11,124 nucleotides of DNA from Candidatus Eiseniibacteriota bacterium (GTDB lineage Bacteria > Eisenbacteria > RBG-16-71-46 > CAZEPH01). The stretch is taken from contig JBGATO010000104.1 of NCBI GenBank assembly GCA_044229145.1, forward strand, positions 1 through 11,124, given 5' to 3'. Below the pieces are notes generated by a model that saw nothing but the letters and a program-made list of their open reading frames with translations, had not been told where the DNA came from and did no database searches. Position 1 is the first letter of the stretch. Every line of letters starts with the position of its first letter. Of the stretch, positions 1-8,929 are shown one piece after another. The translations under genes and the position numbers were made by a program.

Positions 1-1
1 T

Positions 2-721
2 GCCGTGCGCGAGAACGACTCGCTGTCGGTCGGCGTGACCGCCGACGAGCCGGTGGTCCACGATCTCGCGGTGGTGGGGTTCGTGGCGCCGCCGGCGGGG
101 GCCCTCGTGGCCTCGGGTGAGCCGTTCGCACCCGTGGTGTCATTCGTCAACCGCGGCAATGTGACCGAGAGCGGCGCGGGCGTTCGTTACCGTGTACGCG
201 ACGCCGGCGGGGCGCTGGTCGAGGACGTGGCTGCGACGATCGCCACGATCGCTCCCGGCGAATCCGTGCAGGTCACGTTCGCGGCGATCGCGCTCTTCGG
301 CGGCGCTGCGGAGGTGTTCAGCGTCACCGTACGTGCGGACCTCGCCAACGACGCCGAAACCGCGAACGATTCGCTCGCCACCGCGCTGACCATCGAGACG
401 CCCGCAAGCATCGAAACGGCGATGGCACGGCTCGCCGCCCCCACGCAGCTCGCGGTTCCGCTCGTCAGCCCGCAACCGTTCCGCGATCGTGTGGCCCTGG
501 TCGTCGGGACGCCGCGTACCGGGCAGCTCGAGATGGAGATCTTCGACGCGCGCGGACAGCGCGTTGCACGGATCCCGCCCCGTTCGATGATCGCCGGCTA
601 CTCGCTGCTCACGTGGGACGGCCGTGACGGCGCGGGGCGCGCGGTGCCGGCCGGCGTCTACTTCGCCGCGGTCCGGCAGGCCGGCGCGGTGGCGCGCGCG
701 CGCCTCCTGAAGACGCGCTGA
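2..721 (+). CDS. C-terminal part (5'-truncated by the window) of a secreted/surface protein: CARDB-like Ig domain(s) followed by a FlgD-Ig / T9SS type A-like C-terminal domain
   Basis: Frame is open from the window edge to TGA at 719-721. CARDB-like pattern 'HDLAVVGFVAP...VNRGN...IAPGESVQVTF...ADLANDAETANDSL'. C-terminus 'PQPF...MEIFDARGQRV...LTWDGRDGAGRAVPAGVYF...RLLKTR' matches the PNPF / IFDxxGxxV / WDGxDxxG / GVYF signature. Confidence 0.85.
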   Translation, partial: AVRENDSLSVGVTADEPVVHDLAVVGFVAPPAGALVASGEPFAPVVSFVNRGNVTESGAGVRYRVRDAGGALVEDVAATIATIAPGESVQVTFAAIALFGGAAEVFSVTVRADLANDAETANDSLATALTIETPASIETAMARLAAPTQLAVPLVSPQPFRDRVALVVGTPRTGQLEMEIFDARGQRVARIPPRSMIAGYSLLTWDGRDGAGRAVPAGVYFAAVRQAGAVARARLLKTR

Positions 722-731
722 CGCGCGTCGC

Positions 732-2084
732 CTATTCCCAGACGATGAACCCCGGATTCAACATGCCGTCCGGGTCGAAGCACTTCTTCGCCGCGCACAG
801 CACCGGCCAGCGGTCGCCAAAGTGGGCGCGCCAGCGCGGCAGGTCGAAGTTGATGCGGCCGCTGAGATAGCGCTTGCCACCGGCGGCGATCGACGCGTCG
901 CTCGCCATGTCGAGCAGCATGAGCGCTTGCGGCAACGCAGCCTGCGGCGTGCCGGGCAGCAAGCCGAAGCCCATGACCAACTCGCTCGGCGGGGCCATGA
1001 AGTTCGGCGCCGTCGAGGTGCCGCTGCGACCCGGCCACAACAACACGTGGCCGCCGCCGAGCGCCACCGGCGAGAGCTGCGCGAGCAGCGTGTCGATGTA
1101 CTGCGGCGTCACCGCCCAGGGGAGAATCGTCTCCATCCACGGGTGCGCGTTGTCCCAGTAGCCGATCTGCTTCCACAGCGCGAACAACGGTTCGAGGCGA
1201 CGCGCGAAGTCGGCATACGGCAGCGTCTCGACATGCACGCGCTCGTACGGCGAGAGGCCGGCGAGCAACGCGGCGTCGCCGTCGGCGGAATCGCTGTCCA
1301 CCTCCAACGTCGCATGCAGCGGGAAGAACCAGCGCGCGAACGGCCGGCGGCCGAGCGGCGTGGAGCGGAAGCCTTGCGTCGCCGGCACCGCCCACGATTC
1401 GAGATACGTGAAGCGGTCCTCGCGCATCAGCGTCTCGAGGTCCGCGCACAAACGGCTCATGTTGTCGTAGAGCAAGTACTGCGTGCGGACGAACGGCTTG
1501 TGCGTGCGCACCGCGAGTTCCGCTTCCACCACGATGCCGAACTGCCCGAGGCCGCAGCGCACGAGGTCGAACAGCTCGCGATTGTCGTCGGGCGAACAGC
1601 GCACGACCTCGCCGCTGGCGAGCACGACGGTGAGCGCGCGGACGTTGTCCACCTGCGCGCCGTCGCGGAACGAGCAGATGCCGAGGCCGGCCATCGACAG
1701 GGTGCCGCCGACCGTGACGCCGAGGTTGTTGGTGAGCACCGGCGGCGTGAGCCCGTGCACGCTGAGCGCGCCGAGCAGATCGTTCCACACCACGCCGGCC
1801 TGGCAGCGCACGACACCGGAGGTCGGATCGATCGGTTCGATGCGATTCAACCCGGTCATGTCGAGCAAGTAACCGCCGTCGACCAAGCCTTGGCCTGACT
1901 GTGAGTGCGCCGAGCCGCGCATCGAGATCGCGCGGCCCTCGGTCTTCGCGCGCTTCACCAGCGCGACGACGTCGTCGATCGAGTCGGGGCGCACCACGGC
2001 GTGCGGTGTCTTGCGGATGATGCGGCCGAAGTCGGAGGCGTACTCCGCCAGCGCGGCGGCGTCAGTGATTTCGTGCAGGCTCAT
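732..2084 (-). CDS. FAD-binding oxidoreductase, VAO/PCMH family, cytokinin dehydrogenase (CKX)-like, 450 aa
   Basis: Start re-called at ATG 2084 (MSLHEITD), overlapping the E1alpha stop (ATGA) with GAGGAG upstream. CKX-type motifs: 'DFGRI..P.AV.RP', 'RGSAHSQSGQ' (His for covalent FAD), 'TVGGTLSMAG', 'GAQVDNV', 'GLGQFGIV', 'YLE', 'HPW', 'HFG.RW...K..FDP..MLNPG'. Confidence 0.88.
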   Translation of the reverse strand: MSLHEITDAAALAEYASDFGRIIRKTPHAVVRPDSIDDVVALVKRAKTEGRAISMRGSAHSQSGQGLVDGGYLLDMTGLNRIEPIDPTSGVVRCQAGVVWNDLLGALSVHGLTPPVLTNNLGVTVGGTLSMAGLGICSFRDGAQVDNVRALTVVLASGEVVRCSPDDNRELFDLVRCGLGQFGIVVEAELAVRTHKPFVRTQYLLYDNMSRLCADLETLMREDRFTYLESWAVPATQGFRSTPLGRRPFARWFFPLHATLEVDSDSADGDAALLAGLSPYERVHVETLPYADFARRLEPLFALWKQIGYWDNAHPWMETILPWAVTPQYIDTLLAQLSPVALGGGHVLLWPGRSGTSTAPNFMAPPSELVMGFGLLPGTPQAALPQALMLLDMASDASIAAGGKRYLSGRINFDLPRWRAHFGDRWPVLCAAKKCFDPDGMLNPGFIVWE

Positions 2085-3250
2085 AGCGGGAAGGCTCCTC
2101 CCGGTCCGCGGTCGCGATCGCGTTCGCCGAGAACTTGGGCGCGTTGCTCGGCGAGGTGCCAGGGCATCTCGCCGTAGACGTGGCTGAACACGCTCGCCGG
2201 CTCCGGCGGCGGCGCGGCTTCGGCGACGCGAATCGCGTTGGTGATCGCCTCGTCGAGTTCCTGCTGCAGCGCGTCCTCCGACGACGCGTCCCAGTGGCCT
2301 TCGCGTTCGAGATAGGCGCGGAAGCGGACGATGGGGTCGCGCTGTGCCCAATGCTCGACGAGCGCGGTGTCGCGGTAGCGCGTCGGGTCGTCGCTCGACG
2401 AGTGGCCGCCCATGCGGAAGGTCACTGCTTCGATGAACGTCGGGCCGCCGCCGCTGCGCGCGCGGTCGATGGCTTCCTTCGTCGCGCGGTAGACGGCGAG
2501 CACGTCGTTGCCGTCCACCTGCACGCCGGGCACGCCGTAGGCGAGCGCCTTGATGGCGATCGACTGCGAGACCGTTTGCGTCGCCAGCGGCACGCTGATC
2601 GCCCACTGATTGTTCTGGCACACGAACACCACAGGCGCCTTCCACACGGCGGCGAAGTTGAGCGCGGCGTGGAAGTCGCCTTCACTGGTGCCGCCATCGC
2701 CGATGTAGCCGAGCGCCACCATGTCGTCGCCTTGATAGCGCGCCGCCCACGCGGCGCCGACGGCGTGCGGCAGTTGCGTGGCGATCACGCTCGACCACGC
2801 GACGACGTTGACGCCGCGATCGGCGAAGTGACACGGCATCTGGTGGCCGTTCAAGACGTCGTGCGAGTTGCCGAGCAACTGCGCGAGGAACTGGCTGAGC
2901 GGGAAGCCGCGCATGAGGAGCGCTGAGCCCTGCCGCAACGCCGGGAAGATCCAGTCGGTGTGGCGCGCCGCGTAGATGCTGCCGACGCTCGCCGCTTCCT
3001 CGCCGGTGCCGGTGCCGTAGAAGCCGATGCGGCCCTGGCGCTGCAACGACAGCAAGCGCACGTCGAGCATCCGCGACAGCGACATCGCGCGATACATCGC
3101 GACGAGATCGGCGGCGGGCAGTTGCGGATCGAGCGCCTCGTCGACGCTGCCGTCGGGCGCCAGGATGCGCAGTTGCGGAATCTCCGGTGTCGAAATTGCG
3201 AACGGCACGGCGGCCGGTGCCGGGGGCGGAGTCGTCTTCTTGGTCGCCAT
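2081..3250 (-). CDS. pdhA/bkdA1: 2-oxoacid dehydrogenase E1 alpha subunit (TPP-dependent), most likely branched-chain type, 389 aa
   Basis: Start re-called at ATG 3250 (MATKKT), with GGAGG upstream and TGATG overlap with the E2 stop. TPP motif 'GDGGTSEGDF...CQNN' and loop 'HSSSDDPTRYR'. 'QGRIGFY' and 'GHQMPCHF' resemble BCKDH-type E1alpha (QMPxH). Confidence 0.93.
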   Translation of the reverse strand: MATKKTTPPPAPAAVPFAISTPEIPQLRILAPDGSVDEALDPQLPAADLVAMYRAMSLSRMLDVRLLSLQRQGRIGFYGTGTGEEAASVGSIYAARHTDWIFPALRQGSALLMRGFPLSQFLAQLLGNSHDVLNGHQMPCHFADRGVNVVAWSSVIATQLPHAVGAAWAARYQGDDMVALGYIGDGGTSEGDFHAALNFAAVWKAPVVFVCQNNQWAISVPLATQTVSQSIAIKALAYGVPGVQVDGNDVLAVYRATKEAIDRARSGGGPTFIEAVTFRMGGHSSSDDPTRYRDTALVEHWAQRDPIVRFRAYLEREGHWDASSEDALQQELDEAITNAIRVAEAAPPPEPASVFSHVYGEMPWHLAEQRAQVLGERDRDRGPGGAFPL

Positions 3251-4443
3251 CAGCGTCGTCCTCCTGCCGTGCGCAGCACGCGCTGCGGCTCCTCGAGATT
3301 CGCCTTCACTTCGTAGAGGAAGTCGGCGGCCACTTGTCCGTCCACCACGCGGTGGTCGAGCGACAGCGAGAGGTTCGTCATCTCGCGCACCTGGATGCCG
3401 TCGTTGCGCCACACCGGCTTCTTGGCGATCGCGTGGATGCCCATGATCGCGACTTCCGGCGCGTGGATGATCGGCGTGGCGAGCAGGCCGCCGCGCGCGC
3501 CGGTGGTCGTGATGGTGAAGGTGCCGCCGACGAGTTCGTCGCGCGACAACTTGCCGGTGCGGCCGCCCTCGGCGAGCCGGTCCAGTTCGCGCGCCAGGCC
3601 GAACAGATCGAAGCGCGCGGCGTCGCGGATGACCGGCACGGTGAGACCCTGCGCGGTCGCGGTGGCGATGCCGACGTGCGCGCGGCGGTGCAGCACGATC
3701 TCGTCGGTGGCGTCGTCGAAGTGCGCGTTGAGCGTCGGGAATGCGCGCAACGCCGGCAATGTGGCGAGCACGATGTACGGCAAGTAGGTGAGCTTGACGC
3801 CGGCGCGCGCCGCGTCGTCCTTCTGCGCCGCGCGCAACGCCACCACCTCGGTCATGTCGACTTCGACGACGAAGGTGAAGTGCGGGATCGTGCGCGCGGC
3901 GTGGACCATCGCCGCGGCGATCGTGCGGCGCAGGCCGCGCAACGGCACGCGTTCGATCTCGGGACCGTCGCTCGGCGCGCCGCCGGCGGCGAAGCGCCGT
4001 ACGTCGTCGGTGGTGACGCGGCCGCCGGGGCCGGTGCCGGGAACCGTGGTGATGTCGACGCCGAGTTCCTTGGCGACGCGGCGGGTCGCCGGCATCGCGT
4101 GCACCTTGTCGCCCGGCGCGCGCGGGATCGGCGCGGGTGCGGCCGGCGCCGCGGCCGGTGCCGCCGCCTTCGCGGCCGGCGCGGCCTTCGCGGGCGCCAC
4201 CGCCGCGCCGTTCGTCTCGATCGCCACCAGCACGGTGCCCACCGGCACCACCGCGCCGGCGGCGCAGTTGATCGACGCGATGGTCCCGGTGGCCGGCGCG
4301 GGCAGGATCACCGTCGCCTTGTCGGTCATCACTTCGACCATTTCCTGATTTTCGCGCACGCTGTCGCCGACGGCCACCAGCCACTGCAAGATCTCGGCTT
4401 CCGCGACGCCTTCGCCGATGTCGGGCAACTTGAACTCGACCAT
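3250..4443 (-). CDS. pdhC/bkdB: Dihydrolipoamide acyltransferase E2 (single lipoyl domain, peripheral-subunit-binding domain, catalytic domain), 397 aa
   Basis: Start re-called at ATG 4443 (MVEFKLPDIGEGVAE), with GGAGG upstream and TGATG overlap with the E1beta stop. Lipoyl-Lys 'VMTDKA', Ala/Pro linker, PSBD 'AMPATRRVAKELGVDI..VPGTGPGGRVT..DV', catalytic 'DHRVVDG'. Confidence 0.95.
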   Translation of the reverse strand: MVEFKLPDIGEGVAEAEILQWLVAVGDSVRENQEMVEVMTDKATVILPAPATGTIASINCAAGAVVPVGTVLVAIETNGAAVAPAKAAPAAKAAAPAAAPAAPAPIPRAPGDKVHAMPATRRVAKELGVDITTVPGTGPGGRVTTDDVRRFAAGGAPSDGPEIERVPLRGLRRTIAAAMVHAARTIPHFTFVVEVDMTEVVALRAAQKDDAARAGVKLTYLPYIVLATLPALRAFPTLNAHFDDATDEIVLHRRAHVGIATATAQGLTVPVIRDAARFDLFGLARELDRLAEGGRTGKLSRDELVGGTFTITTTGARGGLLATPIIHAPEVAIMGIHAIAKKPVWRNDGIQVREMTNLSLSLDHRVVDGQVAADFLYEVKANLEEPQRVLRTAGGRR

Positions 4444-5420
4444 CACGCCTCCACCGACGCGCGGATCGCCGCCATCACGCGTTCGGCGTCCGGCAAGTAG
4501 AGCTGCTCGAGGGTGTACGGGAACGGCGTGTCGAATCCGGCGACGCGCAACACCGGCGCCTCCAGCGACGTGATCGCGCGTTCGGCGATGAGCGCGGCGA
4601 GCTCCGCGCCGTAGCCGCAGGTGCGCGGCGCTTCCTGCACGATGATGGCGCGGCCGGTCTTCTGGACCGACTCGAGCACCGCGTTGACGTCGAGCGGCAA
4701 GAGCGTGCGCAGGTCGAGCACATCGCACTCGACGCCGAGTTCGCTCGACGCGCGCGCCGCGGCTTCCTCGCACACCGGCACCATGGCGCCATACGCGATC
4801 AGCGAGACGTTTCCGCCGCGCCGCGCCCAGCGCGCGACGCCGAGCGGCGTCGTCCAGTGGCCTTCCGCGACCTCACCCTTGACGTGGCGATACAGCCGCT
4901 TCGGCTCGAGGAACAGTGTCGGGTCCGGCGATTCGAGCGCCGCCAGCAACAAGCCCTTCGCGTCCTCCGCCGTCGCCGGAATCACGACATTCAACCCCGG
5001 CGTGTGCGCGAAGTACGCCTCGGGCGACTGCGAGTGATAGAGCCCGCCGCGAATGCCGCCGCCGTATGGGGTGCGCACGATGACCGGCGCGTCGTATTGC
5101 CCGTTCGAGCGGTACCGCATCTTCGCCAGCTCGCTGACGATTTGGTCGAACGCGGGGAAGATGAAGTCGGCGAACTGGATTTCGCACACCGGGCGCAGGC
5201 CGTAGAGTGCCATGCCGATCGCGCTGCCGACGATGCCGTTCTCGGCCAGCGGCGTGTCGAGCACGCGGTCGGCGCCGAACTCGGCCTGCAAGCCTTCGGT
5301 GAGGCGGAACACGCCGCCGTTGCGGCCGATGTCCTCGCCGAGCAAGACCACCCGCCGGTCGCGCGCCATCGCGGTACGCAGGGCGTCGGTGATCGCCTGA
5401 ACCATCGTCATCGTGGGCAC
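4443..5420 (-). CDS. pdhB/bkdA2: 2-oxoacid dehydrogenase E1 beta subunit (transketolase-like), ~325 aa
   Basis: 'LGEDIGRNGGVFR', 'DTPLAENGIVG', 'EIQFADF', 'GGLYHSQSPE', 'EPKRLY', 'DLRTL.PLD'. Start is GTG 5420 or the nearby in-frame ATG at 5411. Confidence 0.95.
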   Translation of the reverse strand: MPTMTMVQAITDALRTAMARDRRVVLLGEDIGRNGGVFRLTEGLQAEFGADRVLDTPLAENGIVGSAIGMALYGLRPVCEIQFADFIFPAFDQIVSELAKMRYRSNGQYDAPVIVRTPYGGGIRGGLYHSQSPEAYFAHTPGLNVVIPATAEDAKGLLLAALESPDPTLFLEPKRLYRHVKGEVAEGHWTTPLGVARWARRGGNVSLIAYGAMVPVCEEAAARASSELGVECDVLDLRTLLPLDVNAVLESVQKTGRAIIVQEAPRTCGYGAELAALIAERAITSLEAPVLRVAGFDTPFPYTLEQLYLPDAERVMAAIRASVEA

Positions 5421-5504
5421 GTCGTCGGTCTCGCAAGTCGGGTGTCGGGCCCGCGGGGGCGGGCGATGCGGCGGGCGGGGCGCGCCGCGCGACGAAGCCG
5501 CATG

Positions 5505-5533
5505 AGGATAGAGGACGCCCGGAAGGGGCGCAA
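5505..5533 (-). promoter_or_regulatory. Putative sigma70-type promoter of the E1beta-E2-E1alpha-CKX operon
   Basis: Minus strand reads TTGCGC (5533-5528), 17 nt, TATCCT (5510-5505), in the 147-bp gap between the kinase stop and the E1beta start. Confidence 0.5.
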
Positions 5534-5567
5534 CGACGCCGCCACGGCGGGCAGGCGTCCAAAGCCG

Positions 5568-7976
<2,409 letters not shown>

Positions 7977-7981
7977 GGCGG

Positions 7982-8587
7982 CTACATGCCCGCCCTCAGG
8001 ACGGCGCGGGCCACTTGCAGCAACCGCGAACTGATGCGCACGCCCGACTGCTCCGCCGCCGTCAAGTTGATGTCGAACGCGGCGTGCTTGTCTTCGACCA
8101 CCAGCGCGACGTTGCCGCCGGCCGACAGGAATCCCGGCATGTCGGACATCGTGATCGTGCTGCTGCCGCCGGTCGCCGCCACCACCGCGTCCATTTGGTC
8201 GCGCTGGGGCGCGCTCACGTAGACCAGATGGCATCCACGCGCCTCTTTGCCGGCGTGGAGCGAACGGACCTCGATGGGGTGTCCGGCGTTCGAGCGGCCC
8301 ATGACGACGCGGTGCACCGCCTTCGCTTGGTCGGCATCTCCGAGGATGCCGACGACGAGCGGTGCCTGCCGGGTCGGAAACGCCGACTCCGGCCAGGTGA
8401 CGAACTGCAGGAAGCGGCCAACCACCGACGCCACCGCCTGATCCTGGTCGAACGCCTGCGCGCCGAGCGGCCACGCGCCGAGGAGGCACACGGCAAGCAC
8501 GCCGGCGAACAGTACCGGCAGCCGCCACGCGGACGTCCGTGCCGTGTGTTCGTCGTGCGGAAAGCGCATCTTGCGGAACTGCTTCAC
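7982..8587 (-). CDS. yfiR: YfiR-family (DUF4154) periplasmic regulator, ~201 aa with signal peptide
   Basis: GTG 8587 has GGAGG 8 nt upstream (alternative ATG 8569). Signal peptide ends 'AQA'. Family motifs 'RFLQFVTWP', 'VGILG', 'CHLVYV', 'ITMSD..GF...GG.V.L', 'FDINL.AAEQSGVRISSRLLQVA'. It lies directly upstream of a CHASE8-type sensor, the expected context. Confidence 0.88.
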   Translation of the reverse strand: MKQFRKMRFPHDEHTARTSAWRLPVLFAGVLAVCLLGAWPLGAQAFDQDQAVASVVGRFLQFVTWPESAFPTRQAPLVVGILGDADQAKAVHRVVMGRSNAGHPIEVRSLHAGKEARGCHLVYVSAPQRDQMDAVVAATGGSSTITMSDMPGFLSAGGNVALVVEDKHAAFDINLTAAEQSGVRISSRLLQVARAVLRAGM

Positions 8588-8818
8588 CGGTTGCCCCTCC
8601 GTGTGGCCCGGGGAGTACGACCTAGGGAAATGGGGGACTCCGTGCACGCAGGCCGTCGGGGTGAAGGCGCGCGAGCACCCCAGTTAGATCGGCCGTTCCG
8701 CGGTCGACTTGAGGCGGAGGAAATCGTCCACCATCGACGAGCACGCGCCCCGCCCCAACTGCCGTGGGGCGATCCCCGCATGGACCCCATGCGAATGGTG
8801 CCTCCGCGGCCCCATTCC

Positions 8819-8848
8819 TTGACCCGCCTTCCGGCGCTTGAGTATCCT
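8819..8848 (+). promoter_or_regulatory. Putative sigma70-type promoter of the nucleotide-sugar operon
   Basis: TTGACC (8819-8824), 18 nt, TATCCT (8843-8848), about 80 nt upstream of ATG 8930. Confidence 0.55.
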
Positions 8849-8900
8849 CGGAGGCTGACTTCGCTCCCCGCGCTCGCCGCCGTCCACGATCCGTGGCCGA

Positions 8901-8918
8901 TTCGTAACTCGTTACGGA
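8901..8918. promoter_or_regulatory. Operator-like inverted repeat TTCGTAAC-TC-GTTACGGA
   Basis: Perfect CGTAAC/GTTACG arms (8903-8908 and 8911-8916), extendable to 8-bp arms with one mismatch. AT-rich for this sequence; overlaps the GGAG Shine-Dalgarno at 8916-8919. Confidence 0.45.
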
Positions 8919-8929
8919 GACATGAGTTT

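Noticed and set aside
780..803. CxxxxC ('CAAKKC') in the CKX-like protein as an E3-like redox disulfide
   Set aside because: It lies in the C-terminal segment before the conserved FDP motif and lacks the GGTCLNxGC context of E3, so the spacing is likely coincidental.
4125..4210. Low-complexity GCC/GCG-rich repeat
   Set aside because: It encodes the ordinary Ala/Pro/Lys linker of E2 and is not a DNA repeat element or CRISPR.
2085..4773. N-terminal extensions of the 637-, 767- and 507-aa ORFs that suggest fusions or long overlaps
   Set aside because: The extensions are Arg-rich alternative-frame read-through of the upstream gene. True starts at 2084, 3250 and 4443 have RBSs and stop/start overlaps.
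5513..5560. Inverted repeats after the kinase stop (GACGCC/GGCGTC) as an intrinsic terminator
   Set aside because: No U-tract, imperfect alternative pairings, and short GC stems are common by chance here.
7977..8929. N-terminal extensions of the 986-aa kinase ORF and the 652-aa oxidoreductase ORF
   Set aside because: They overlap yfiR or the intergenic region and lack domain features. Recognisable sequence starts at 7976 and 8930.
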